Both the position numbers and the translations under genes were made by a program. Below are positions 38,784-47,938 of a DNA stretch of 64,000 nt, piece after piece. The notes under the pieces were generated by a model, which was not told the DNA's origin, did no database searches, and was given only the letters and a program-made list of their open reading frames with translations. The stretch's first letter is position 1, and the number at the start of each line of letters is the position of its first letter. Source of the DNA: a virus; the IMG/VR virus record IMGVR_UViG_3300027704_000015, positions 15,963 through 79,962 of that record; one strand, 5' to 3'.

Positions 38784-39063
38784 CCGCTAGTACTTTTATT
38801 AGCTGCTCAAATGGACGAGGGTTCGACTCCCTCCATCTCCACAACAATTATATGTGAAAACATATAATACAATAAATTACATATAAAGTATATGTAATTA
38901 CATATAATATGGGGATGACTTGGATATTGACATTGAGATAAGGATTTAAGGAAGGTCACGCATAACAGGCGAACATGTTGAAATGGCAATGGCGGCTTAA
39001 TAAAGTCCCCAGAACCGAACGGCGTTAACAGGGCAAGTCGTATAAGCCCGGTGGTGGTGGACC
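38781..39063 (+). ncRNA. ssrA: Circularly permuted (two-piece) tmRNA; tag (A)GEHVEMAMAA
   Basis: T-arm GAGGG-TTCGACT-CCCTC (38817-38833) and 3' acceptor strand CATCTCC-A (38834-38841) lie upstream of the 5' strand GGGGATG (38911-38917), giving G3:U70. D-loop-like ...TTGAC. ATAACA then resume codon GGC (38968) to TAATAA (39003). Confidence 0.9.
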
Positions 39064-39078
39064 TATAAGGTATAAATT

Positions 39079-39771
39079 ATGACAATGATGAGTAGACCAA
39101 TAATAAAGAAAAAGATTAAGCGTAACAATGTTGTGTATAATCTTGAGTTATGGAATACGATAGATGATGATTTTATACCAAATGTATCAGAGCCACCCCA
39201 ATTCCGAAAAGATTTCTTTAATGATGTAGCTATGGATGGTAAATGGCCTGACTCAACAGAGTATCAAGAGAGGTTCGATGATTGGTTTGATAATCTATCT
39301 AAAGACAAGCAAATTCAATATGCTAGAGCTATTGATGAGTCTAATAGGGTTATAATATTAATGGTGTGGGAGCAAGTTAATAAATTAGATAAGCATGAGT
39401 TGTTCAATAATAACATCAGGCAGTTTAGTATCTGGTTCTCAGGTTTGGATCCAGCTGATATTGACTTCTACATGACACGTATAATGTCTAAACGTCGTTT
39501 GATGCCTGCTGAGTTTAGAAGTGATAGCCCTGAGTTATTATCTGCTGAAGAGATAACTAACGCGTTACAAGGTGTATATGATAGTATAAATGATGATTTA
39601 ATTCGAGCAACAACTATTAACGGTCTACTGTGTATTAGCTGTACTGATGAATCAAGATTAGCTAAAGTAAAAAAGCATATGATAATGCATGGTAGTATAT
39701 TACGTGATTATCGCAAGAAAGAAAACATCAGCGGTAATATGATTTATACATATATATTTTCTAAACCGTAA
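39079..39771 (+). CDS. Hypothetical protein
   Basis: 230-aa ORF directly after the tmRNA; no SmpB motifs recognised. Confidence 0.65.
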   Translation: MTMMSRPIIKKKIKRNNVVYNLELWNTIDDDFIPNVSEPPQFRKDFFNDVAMDGKWPDSTEYQERFDDWFDNLSKDKQIQYARAIDESNRVIILMVWEQVNKLDKHELFNNNIRQFSIWFSGLDPADIDFYMTRIMSKRRLMPAEFRSDSPELLSAEEITNALQGVYDSINDDLIRATTINGLLCISCTDESRLAKVKKHMIMHGSILRDYRKKENISGNMIYTYIFSKP

Positions 39772-39837
39772 TATACACGTTATTAGTGCACCTTTACATA
39801 CTTATATATACACATAACTAAACAGAGGAGAAATGCT

Positions 39838-40377
39838 ATGAAGCAACTATTAATTTTACTATGTATGGCTACATCGTTATACGCAATATCGCAGACAACT
39901 ATAAATCCAGACACTGTATGTTCTGGTGCAACAGCGGAGCAGTACTTTGTAACTAACACACCTACATCAACCTATCAATGGACTGTTAACGGAGGTGGTA
40001 GTTCTATACAGACAGGTCAGGGTACTAATCTAATAACAGTTGACTGGGGTACAGTTGCAGGGTTATACTCTAATGCGGTCGAAGTTGTAGAGTCAAACGC
40101 TGCAGGATGCCCTGGTTTGCCTATATTATTAGATGTATTTATATTAAGTCTATCAAGTAATCTCATAGGACCTTTCTGTCCAGGTGATCCGTCTGCATCG
40201 TTAGTTGGTAATCCGATCGGTGGAACTTGGTCAGGCACAGGAGTAACAGGAAATAATTTTGATCCTGCATCTGGTATAGGAAATTATATACTAACTTACT
40301 CATTAGCGGGTTGTACAACTACAATAAATGTTATTGTTAATAGTGGTCCAATTACTGGACCTATTCAACACTTTTAA
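39838..40377 (+). CDS. Secreted Ig/PKD-like domain protein
   Basis: Signal peptide; STYQWTV.GG...GQGTN.ITVDW; GGTWSGTGV. Confidence 0.75.
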   Translation: MKQLLILLCMATSLYAISQTTINPDTVCSGATAEQYFVTNTPTSTYQWTVNGGGSSIQTGQGTNLITVDWGTVAGLYSNAVEVVESNAAGCPGLPILLDVFILSLSSNLIGPFCPGDPSASLVGNPIGGTWSGTGVTGNNFDPASGIGNYILTYSLAGCTTTINVIVNSGPITGPIQHF

Positions 40378-40378
40378 T

Positions 40379-40909
40379 ATGAGATGGTTAGTAATATTAT
40401 TACTACCTTTTCAGTTATTAGCTCAAGAAACTTATAATGATTGCGCAACTATTGAACCTCAATCATATCAAGTAAGCTATGAAGTTGATAAGATATACTA
40501 CTGGTCAATCTCTAACGGAGAGGTAGTATCTACGTTTGACAATACAATAACAGTACAATGGCCTGATACTGCAGGAGAGTACCTCATTTCAGTATATACT
40601 ACTAGATTTGGATGTGAAGGAGATACCTCTAGCTATCAAGTGGTTATAAATGAATGTCCATACGCTACATTATTCTTTCCGAGCTCATTTACACCAAACA
40701 AGGATGGAATTAATGAAACATACTTTATAGGAGGTAAATCAGCTGATAATATTGAGTATATTACGATATATAACAGGTGGGGTAATAGGGTATTTGAAGC
40801 TGATGGAAATATGCCATGGACGGGTGATGAATGTGCGGCTGGCGTTTATGTTGTTAGTGTATTTGTTAATAATAATAGGTTTACAAGAAAGGTTACTTTA
40901 ATACGATGA
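40379..40909 (+). CDS. Secreted protein with T9SS type B (gliding-motility-associated, CHU_C) CTD
   Basis: FPSSFTPNKDGINE...IYNRWGNRVFE...W.G...GVY...VTLIR; signal peptide from the ATG at 40379. Confidence 0.85.
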   Translation: MRWLVILLLPFQLLAQETYNDCATIEPQSYQVSYEVDKIYYWSISNGEVVSTFDNTITVQWPDTAGEYLISVYTTRFGCEGDTSSYQVVINECPYATLFFPSSFTPNKDGINETYFIGGKSADNIEYITIYNRWGNRVFEADGNMPWTGDECAAGVYVVSVFVNNNRFTRKVTLIR

Positions 40910-41472
40910 AAAAGTTACTATATATAATATGTTTATTGATTAGTTTTAACGCAGGCGCTCAATGTATAACTGGTCAGACTTCTACTACTGTTCCTGCAGG
41001 ACCTTATCAACCAGGGGATGTTGTTACTGTAACATATACTTTAAATAATTTTACAGGAATATTCATTAATTGGATTCATGCATTTCAGATAAATTTATCC
41101 CCAGCTTGGATTAATTTAACACCTATAACCACTCCACTTAATCCAGCAGGATCTGCAGGGAATTGGGTATGGGATTTGCAGCATACATTTATAGGAGGAT
41201 TGAACTTTGGACCAGGGTGGAGGTTTGATAATACAGGTAATGTAGATTGGGGAACTACCTCCACAGGTCCGTTCACAGTGAGTTTTACCGTTGAGGTGGG
41301 TCCAACATGTACCCCAGATGTTTTAACTATTGATATGCTAGTAATAGATGATTGCACAACTGGTGGTTGGACGGGAGGTGGAGGAGCTTGCTGTACTGAT
41401 CCAGCATTTCAGGTATATAATGGAATTATACAAGTACCACCTATTAATACATCACTAATAAACCATAACTAA
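40906..41472 (+). CDS. Secreted beta-sandwich protein
   Basis: Signal peptide; GPYQPGDVVTVTYT. Confidence 0.7.
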   Translation: MKKLLYIICLLISFNAGAQCITGQTSTTVPAGPYQPGDVVTVTYTLNNFTGIFINWIHAFQINLSPAWINLTPITTPLNPAGSAGNWVWDLQHTFIGGLNFGPGWRFDNTGNVDWGTTSTGPFTVSFTVEVGPTCTPDVLTIDMLVIDDCTTGGWTGGGGACCTDPAFQVYNGIIQVPPINTSLINHN

Positions 41473-41504
41473 GTTGGTAGTTTAAAATACTTTTCGTATA
41501 TTTA
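41472..41504 (+). promoter_or_regulatory. Promoter for hsp20
   Basis: AGTTGGTAGT...TATATTTA, 20-nt spacer. Confidence 0.75.
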
Positions 41505-41591
41505 TATTAAATAACTTATTGATACTGCGGGTCAGCAAGTTATATTAAAACAATAATGTTTAATAATTAAAATTATCTAAGGAGATTTATT

Positions 41592-42005
41592 ATGGGAAAT
41601 TTAACACCATTCGGCACATCGCCATTCGACGTCCTTTTCAAGGACTTTTTCAAGACAGATGTAGACTACCAGTTTGCAGATGCAACTAAACTAAACCATC
41701 CAGTAGACATATACGAGGCCAATGACGGTCTTAATATAGATATTGCTTGTGTTGGGTTAACTAAAAAGGATATTGAGCTCACTATTGAGGGAGATATTCT
41801 TCGAGTAGAATATAAAAAAGAAGCTGGCCATAACGGGGCAGAATACATTCAGAGAAACATTGCTAAACGAGCGTTCAACTTTGGATGGAGAATAAGCGGA
41901 AGATTTGATCTATCAAATTTACAAGCTAAACTAGAAAATGGTTTACTAACTCTATTTGCACCAATTGCAGATGAGGCTAAACCTAAATCTATAACTATTA
42001 AGTAG
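41592..42005 (+). CDS. Small heat-shock protein (Hsp20/IbpA family)
   Basis: PVDIYE...IACVGLTKKDI...IAKRAF...AKLENGLLTL. Confidence 0.92.
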   Translation: MGNLTPFGTSPFDVLFKDFFKTDVDYQFADATKLNHPVDIYEANDGLNIDIACVGLTKKDIELTIEGDILRVEYKKEAGHNGAEYIQRNIAKRAFNFGWRISGRFDLSNLQAKLENGLLTLFAPIADEAKPKSITIK

Positions 42006-42013
42006 AGTCTATT

Positions 42014-42250
42014 ATGATGTTTGCAAGTAAGAGAAGGAGTTTATTAAAAACTATTAGTTGGAGGATCGTAGGGACCATAGATACAATGGCCTTAGGGTGG
42101 TTTATTACTGGTAGCCCTTTAGTAGGATTAAAAATAGGGGCATTAGAACTATTTACTAAGTTCATCTTATACTATTTTCATGAAAGAACTTGGATCAATT
42201 GCAAATACGGTATAGATTCTAAAGTTAAAAAGGTTATAGAAAAACAATAA
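42014..42250 (+). CDS. DUF2061 family membrane protein
   Basis: RSLLKTISWRIVGTIDT...LYYFHERTW. Confidence 0.85.
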   Translation: MMFASKRRSLLKTISWRIVGTIDTMALGWFITGSPLVGLKIGALELFTKFILYYFHERTWINCKYGIDSKVKKVIEKQ

Positions 42251-42285
42251 AAAGCTGGCCCGCACGTCAATTTAAAAAATACATC

Positions 42286-42516
42286 ATGAATAGAAAAGTA
42301 TGGAAGTATGAGGATGAATACTGGGTAATACATAGAAGTATACCTGAACATCAAATGTCACCAAAATCGTTAGGTTATAATTCTGATGATAAAAACAAAA
42401 TGGTACGAGTTTGGGTAGAGTATCTACGTGATAATTGCAATAATATCGAGAAGGTTTTTAGTAAAGACGGTGTATTCTTATTCTGTGAGCAAATTAAATC
42501 TGCAGAATTAGTATAA
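42286..42516 (+). CDS. Hypothetical protein
   Basis: 76-aa ORF. Confidence 0.55.
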   Translation: MNRKVWKYEDEYWVIHRSIPEHQMSPKSLGYNSDDKNKMVRVWVEYLRDNCNNIEKVFSKDGVFLFCEQIKSAELV

Positions 42517-42558
42517 AACAGTTGCTTTTACGATTTATTTTAATTATATTCTATAATT

Positions 42559-42670
<112 letters not shown>

Positions 42671-42683
42671 TAAGAGGAATAAT

Positions 42684-42857
42684 ATGAAATATAAAGAACA
42701 AGTACAGTCAAGAGCGGAAGCAATCGTTAATTTATTAGAAACGTTAGAGCGTGGACTTCAAGCTAACGCTATAAGTAAATCAGAAGCAGTTAAGTTGGTT
42801 GCTAAATTAAGACGTCTAATTACTGAGATAGATAACTTCGCTGACCTCGAGGGGTAA
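42684..42857 (+). CDS. Small helical protein (57 aa, not in track)
   Basis: GAGGA RBS; MKYKEQVQSRAEAIVNLLE... Confidence 0.6.
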   Translation: MKYKEQVQSRAEAIVNLLETLERGLQANAISKSEAVKLVAKLRRLITEIDNFADLEG

Positions 42858-42858
42858 A

Positions 42859-44190
42859 ATGCAGAAACACTTATTTCCAATTATAATTACGCTAAGTGCA
42901 CTTGCCGTTTCAGGTAGTGCTGCATTCTATTCTGTTTATGGATTAAGTAAGTTGTTTGCGGGAGCAAGCTTACAAGTTATGATTATGGCTGGTTCATTAG
43001 AGTTTGCAAAATTGGTTGTTGCATCTTTACTATACCAGTATTGGGACACAATAAATAAAGGTTTACGAGCATATCTATCTATAGCATGTCTTGTGTTAAT
43101 ACTAATAACATCAGGTGGTATATATGGATTCTTATCAGGCGCATATCAATCCACTGCTACTCAATCAGAGCTACTTGACAAATCCCTTATGATTCTAAAT
43201 CAAAAACAGATTAGATTTGAGGAGCAGAAAGAGGATCTTAAGATAGAAAAGCAGGGATTATCTAAATCAATATCAGATCTAAGAGTCGCTCTATCTAATC
43301 CAGCGCAAGTGCAGTACATAGATAAGGAATCAGGTACGTTAATTACAACATCATCATCTTCAGCAAGAAGAGCTCTTCAAGGTGAACTATCTACAGCTAC
43401 TAATAACAGAGATGTTATAAATTTAAAGATGGAAGCTGTAATGGATTCTATTAATAAAACAGATATGGCATTGCTAGATAAAGAGATATCTAATGAAGCT
43501 GAGAGTGAGCTAGGTCCTTTAAAATATTTAGCTGAAATAACTGGTAAGGATATGGGAGTTGTTGTTAATTGGTTCTTATTATTAATTATATTTGTATTTG
43601 ATCCTTTAGCTATAGCGTTAGTAGTAGCAGCTAATATGGCATTTGCACAAATAACTCCTAAAGTTACTATGTCTGTACCAGTCGGTAAAAAGTTTAACAC
43701 ACCCTACCCAGTACCTTTGAACATTGAGAACCCATCAAGTGAATTAAAAACTCGTGTTGCTAATAATCAAGCAAGATTAAAAGATCAAGAGTATAGTCAA
43801 GATAACTGGGATATTAAAGTGCATAGTTCAAGTTTAAATCCGAACAGTTTATCTAGTAGTATTAAGGTTGAGAGAAAGGATCTAGTAATGGATGATCTTG
43901 AGACGAATATATCTAAACCGGAAAAGGTTGAAATTGGATTAGATGCGTTGATCGATATACTGGAGGATGAAGAATTGCAACTACCAGAAAATTCTGTTAC
44001 TGAGACTGATATACCCTTACCAGTTGAAAAAAATATTCCAGCTGCTGAGCAATCAAGCGAGCACACACTATACCATGGTGATTCAAAGCAAAAATCATTA
44101 AGTACTAACGATAAACGTAGAAAGCGTGTTATCAAACGACCTAAACACAATCCAAACAAACCACATAACCCGAACCCTTATAAAGGATAA
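42859..44190 (+). CDS. Multi-TM coiled-coil membrane protein
   Basis: AFYSVYGL, LEFAKLV, GIYGFLS, ELGPLKYLA, IFVFDPLAIAL; a pattern recalled from large T4-like phages. Confidence 0.75.
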   Translation: MQKHLFPIIITLSALAVSGSAAFYSVYGLSKLFAGASLQVMIMAGSLEFAKLVVASLLYQYWDTINKGLRAYLSIACLVLILITSGGIYGFLSGAYQSTATQSELLDKSLMILNQKQIRFEEQKEDLKIEKQGLSKSISDLRVALSNPAQVQYIDKESGTLITTSSSSARRALQGELSTATNNRDVINLKMEAVMDSINKTDMALLDKEISNEAESELGPLKYLAEITGKDMGVVVNWFLLLIIFVFDPLAIALVVAANMAFAQITPKVTMSVPVGKKFNTPYPVPLNIENPSSELKTRVANNQARLKDQEYSQDNWDIKVHSSSLNPNSLSSSIKVERKDLVMDDLETNISKPEKVEIGLDALIDILEDEELQLPENSVTETDIPLPVEKNIPAAEQSSEHTLYHGDSKQKSLSTNDKRRKRVIKRPKHNPNKPHNPNPYKG

Positions 44191-44222
44191 GTTGGTTAAC
44201 TTATTTTTTTTTCGTATATTTA
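44190..44222 (+). promoter_or_regulatory. Promoter
   Basis: AGTTG-N20-TATATTTA. Confidence 0.7.
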
Positions 44223-44227
44223 ATTAT

Positions 44228-44734
44228 ATGGCAAAGAAAATAAAAACTGTTTACAATAGTTACACTGACGGTGGTGAACGATACATGATATGTCGTAATA
44301 GCATTGAGGGTGGTAGATGGTGGAAAGGTAACTTATGCGGAGAGTGGGTAAAGGTTAATGTAGATACAACTGCTACCCTTTGTCATAGATGTGTAAATAA
44401 AGTTACTGAGCCTCCTAAATTTACTCCCAGGTATGCCCCTACAGGTCGACCAAAAGGCTGGCAATGGATGACAGAGTTTGTAGATAAGGACGGTAAGGTT
44501 TATCATAAAGGTAAAGAGCAACCTGCTCTTGAAGGCACATTACCAGTAACTATAGTTGAGAAGGTTAGTAATAAAAAACGATTAACTAAGCGTGAACGAG
44601 AAACTCAACGAAGAAATGATGCATCAAAGATATATACTCTTAAGAAGAAATTAGCTAAAGCTAAATTTAAGAAAGATAGAAAGCCCTTGGAGGTGCAAAT
44701 CCGGAAACTTACTAGAAAAATAAAAGTTAAATAA
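44228..44734 (+). CDS. Basic hypothetical protein (start 44228)
   Basis: ATG just after the promoter -7 box; GRPKGWQWMTEFVDKDGKVYHKG. Confidence 0.65.
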   Translation: MAKKIKTVYNSYTDGGERYMICRNSIEGGRWWKGNLCGEWVKVNVDTTATLCHRCVNKVTEPPKFTPRYAPTGRPKGWQWMTEFVDKDGKVYHKGKEQPALEGTLPVTIVEKVSNKKRLTKRERETQRRNDASKIYTLKKKLAKAKFKKDRKPLEVQIRKLTRKIKVK

Positions 44735-44736
44735 GT

Positions 44737-44766
44737 TTGTTTATTTAATTTTTTTTCGTATATTAT
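44737..44766 (+). promoter_or_regulatory. Promoter for the clpP operon
   Basis: TTG-N19-TATATTAT. Confidence 0.55.
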
Positions 44767-44771
44767 ACTAT

Positions 44772-44981
44772 ATGGATAAACTAATATACACTCGTGGTAC
44801 TCATTCTAATGAAATACAGAAGGTTGAACTAGATGTTAATGAAAATATAGACATACATGATTTTAAAAGAGTATGTAAGCAGCTAGCATGTGCATTAGGT
44901 TATGACGCATTGAGTGTTCAACAGGCTTTTGAAGGTAAAACATCACAAGTAGATAAATTAAAGCAAATTTTAAAAGGTTAA
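44772..44981 (+). CDS. Hypothetical protein
   Basis: Follows a promoter. Confidence 0.6.
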   Translation: MDKLIYTRGTHSNEIQKVELDVNENIDIHDFKRVCKQLACALGYDALSVQQAFEGKTSQVDKLKQILKG

Positions 44982-44983
44982 AT

Positions 44984-45646
44984 ATGTCAAAGAATATATA
45001 CGGTAATTACGAGGAGCAAGAAGAAGATTTGAATAAAAACTCAAACGCATCTGACGAGGAAGTTTATTATGAAGATGAGCTTGAGAAAAAGCATCTCTAT
45101 AAAGAGATAGAATTTGCAGTAGATGTAGAAGATAGTATTATCTATATTATAGGTGAAATTGAAGATTTCGGTTTATATGATTTTATGGTTAGGTGTAGAG
45201 CTATATTGCGTAATCGTCAAGAGGGTGATGATTCACCAATTAATGTAGTTATTGACTCTGTAGGTGGTGATGTGTATGAGATGTTCGGTATAATCGATTA
45301 TATTGAAAGTCTGGAGAAAAACAGTAACATTAAAGTTAATACAATATGTAGAGGTAAAGCAATGAGTGCAGGTGCAATGATACTAGCCAGTGGTACAGGT
45401 AAGAGATATGCTAGCAAGAGGTCAACAATAATGATACATGAAGGTTCATCGATGCAAGCAGGTAAGTCATCAGATTTAAAAGCTGCACATAAATATAATT
45501 CACATCTAGAAGAAATGGCTAATGCATTATTAGGTGAGAAGACATCAAAAGATAAAAAATTCTGGTCTGAACAAACAAAAACTGACCTTTATTTATCCGC
45601 AAAAGATGCTCAAAAGTTGGGCGTTATAGACGGTATAATTAATTAA
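44984..45646 (+). CDS. clpP: ClpP-family protease with acidic N-terminal extension
   Basis: IDSVGGDV, GKAMSAG (Ser), IMIHE (His), TDLYLSA (Asp), LGVIDGI. Confidence 0.9.
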   Translation: MSKNIYGNYEEQEEDLNKNSNASDEEVYYEDELEKKHLYKEIEFAVDVEDSIIYIIGEIEDFGLYDFMVRCRAILRNRQEGDDSPINVVIDSVGGDVYEMFGIIDYIESLEKNSNIKVNTICRGKAMSAGAMILASGTGKRYASKRSTIMIHEGSSMQAGKSSDLKAAHKYNSHLEEMANALLGEKTSKDKKFWSEQTKTDLYLSAKDAQKLGVIDGIIN

Positions 45647-45649
45647 TAT

Positions 45650-46471
45650 ATGAAATTAAACGAAAAACAAATTACAGGAAACTGGGCAGATTTAATTGGT
45701 CGTATTACACACCAATTTAGTGGTGAACGACAAGACAAGTTATTAGAAATGTATAACTACTTTGCAGATAGAATGATGTTCGCCCCTGCAAGCTCTAGGG
45801 AGCATTACCATAATTGTTTTCCAGGTGGTTACGTGGATCATGTTTTACGTGTTATGGATTGTTCATTTGATCTATACAATTCCTGGATGATGCAAGGTGC
45901 TTACACTGACAACTACTCGGTTGAAGAGTTAATGTTTGCTGCATTAAATCATGATTTAGGTAAGATAGGTGATCTAGAGAATGATACCTACATACCCAAC
46001 ACGTCTGAATGGCATAGAAAGAACCAGGGAGCTCTGTATACAGTAAATCCTAAAACTGAATTTAGTCTTGTTCCAGATAGAAGTTTATTTTTATTACAGC
46101 ATTTTGGTATTAAATACTCTTGGAATGAGTTCTTAGGTATACGGACGCATGATGGTATGTATGAAGAAGCTAATAAGCCATATCTAGTTAGTTTTAATCC
46201 TGACTCTAGATTACGTTCAAATTTACCTCTTATACTCCATCAAGCTGATATGATGGCTTCTAGAGTAGAGTGGGAGCGATGGAAGTATGGTGAAAACGGG
46301 CTACAAGGTAATCGAACATTAACAGATGTATCTAAAGACAAGATGATGGATCATGTAGTTAAGAAACCAGCAGCTGCACCGAAATCTGTCCCTAAAAAGA
46401 AACCAAATCCTGCTTCACAACTTAATACTGGAGCAGATACTAGTAAACTATTTGATGAGTTATTCAAATGA
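45650..46471 (+). CDS. HD-domain phosphohydrolase
   Basis: HYH..FPGG..DH, NHDLGKIG, HDG, HQAD. Confidence 0.88.
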   Translation: MKLNEKQITGNWADLIGRITHQFSGERQDKLLEMYNYFADRMMFAPASSREHYHNCFPGGYVDHVLRVMDCSFDLYNSWMMQGAYTDNYSVEELMFAALNHDLGKIGDLENDTYIPNTSEWHRKNQGALYTVNPKTEFSLVPDRSLFLLQHFGIKYSWNEFLGIRTHDGMYEEANKPYLVSFNPDSRLRSNLPLILHQADMMASRVEWERWKYGENGLQGNRTLTDVSKDKMMDHVVKKPAAAPKSVPKKKPNPASQLNTGADTSKLFDELFK

Positions 46472-46761
46472 TAATAGCAATAATAATTTTAAGCATAGCA
46501 TTAATATGCTCACTGTATGCCAATTACAATATACTTAAGAAGTATGAGCGAGGTGAGGAATATATAACGAATTTAGAAACATGGTTTGTTCAATTCTCTA
46601 AAACTATCACTAACATGAACAAGGAAATGGAGAAGATAGATAAGAGAGGAGCATTTTCATCTGATGATGAAGTTGGATATTTCTTTAAAGAACTCAAATC
46701 TATTATTGGTAAAATAAACAACTTAGGAGATAATGATGAATCTAACTCAAACGAGCTCTAG
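46468..46761 (+). CDS. Single-TM protein
   Basis: N-terminal TM; F..DDEVGYFF. Confidence 0.6.
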   Translation: MIIAIIILSIALICSLYANYNILKKYERGEEYITNLETWFVQFSKTITNMNKEMEKIDKRGAFSSDDEVGYFFKELKSIIGKINNLGDNDESNSNEL

Positions 46762-47536
46762 CCTTTCACCTGTACAAGAATTTTATGAATGGTATGCAAT
46801 TTTTGAAGCTGAACGTAAAGCTACAAAACAAAAAAAGCGCCGCGGGTACTTTTTTGAAGAAAACGAAAAAGCTATTATAGCGTATAATAATGAACCAGAT
46901 TATCATCTACGTAATAAAGTTTACTCCCAGCATATTCATAAACCCTTTATGAAGTTAGCTGAAAATATAATTCATACCTTTAAATTCTATTGTTTCGATG
47001 ATTGCTATGCTGATGTACAAGCAGAAGTGGTAGCTTATCTTATAGAAAAGATTGATAAATTTGATCCAACAAAAGGATCTAAAGCATACTCATACTTCAG
47101 TATAGTAGCTAAAAACTATTTAATTTATAATAATAATGAAAATTATAAAAAGATGAAACAGAAGACTGATCTAACTGTAGTAGATTTATCACGTAATATT
47201 ACTAATGAAATAGTACGAGCTGAGTATGTAGAATCTAAAAAAGATTTTACCGATCTCATGGTAGAATTCTGGGATGATAATCTTAATGTTATATTTACGC
47301 GCAAGAAGGATATTAGGGTAGCTGCAGCAATAGCGGAACTTTTTCGTCGACGAGACAATTTAGAGATTTATAATAAGAAAGCTCTATATATATTGATACG
47401 TGAGATGGCAGACGTAAAGACGCAATACATTACTAAAGTGGTGAATCAGATGAGAAAAATATATAATTATATGTGGGAGGAATATAATATTAAAGGAAAG
47501 CTTCCTGCATATGATCAAAACTCTAAATATTTCTAA
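46733..47536 (+). CDS. Phage sigma factor (T4 gp55-like, sigma70 region 2)
   Basis: LAENI...KIDKFDPTKGSKAYSYFSIVAKNYL resembles sigma region 2.2-2.3. Confidence 0.7.
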   Translation: MMNLTQTSSSLSPVQEFYEWYAIFEAERKATKQKKRRGYFFEENEKAIIAYNNEPDYHLRNKVYSQHIHKPFMKLAENIIHTFKFYCFDDCYADVQAEVVAYLIEKIDKFDPTKGSKAYSYFSIVAKNYLIYNNNENYKKMKQKTDLTVVDLSRNITNEIVRAEYVESKKDFTDLMVEFWDDNLNVIFTRKKDIRVAAAIAELFRRRDNLEIYNKKALYILIREMADVKTQYITKVVNQMRKIYNYMWEEYNIKGKLPAYDQNSKYF

Positions 47537-47545
47537 TTATTATAT

Positions 47546-47938
47546 ATGGATAAAGATAGTGAAATATTTAAAGGAAAGAGTTTTTCCGATATAGCTAAGG
47601 ATTTATACGGTGCATCTAAGAAAAAAGAGTCACAAATAAACCTACTTATATCAGAATTAAAGCCGTTTGTGACTAACATCGGTGATGCAACATTAATAGT
47701 ACCTTTAATAAAAGACTACCTTGAGGTAAGCGTAAAAAATGATGATCAATTGGCTAAATTACTAGCAGTAGTTCAGCGATTAATTGGTAATAACGTGCAA
47801 GGTGAAGGCGATTTTGGTATCTCTGAAGAAGAGAAGCAGCAGCTTCTTGATGAACTGGAAGCTATCAACCATACTAATAAAAAGATCGACGACACAGTTA
47901 AGGGTATAAGCAATGGGCTACAAAAAAATAAGGAATAA
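47546..47938 (+). CDS. Hypothetical phage protein
   Basis: IVPLIKDYLEVSVKNDDQLAKL helical protein. Confidence 0.65.
   Translation: MDKDSEIFKGKSFSDIAKDLYGASKKKESQINLLISELKPFVTNIGDATLIVPLIKDYLEVSVKNDDQLAKLLAVVQRLIGNNVQGEGDFGISEEEKQQLLDELEAINHTNKKIDDTVKGISNGLQKNKE

Noticed and set aside
38813-38843. Stand-alone tRNA or attP-type 3' fragment of ssrA
   Set aside because: There is no anticodon arm. The fragment pairs exactly with the downstream GGGGATG piece, no second 3' end follows, and no integrase is seen, so a permuted tmRNA explains it better.
38807-38989. Minus-strand 60-aa ORF (VEMEGVEPSS)
   Set aside because: Antisense shadow of the tmRNA T-arm.
39079-39771. SmpB next to the tmRNA
   Set aside because: No SmpB motifs or basic C-terminal tail recognised; host SmpB is presumably used.
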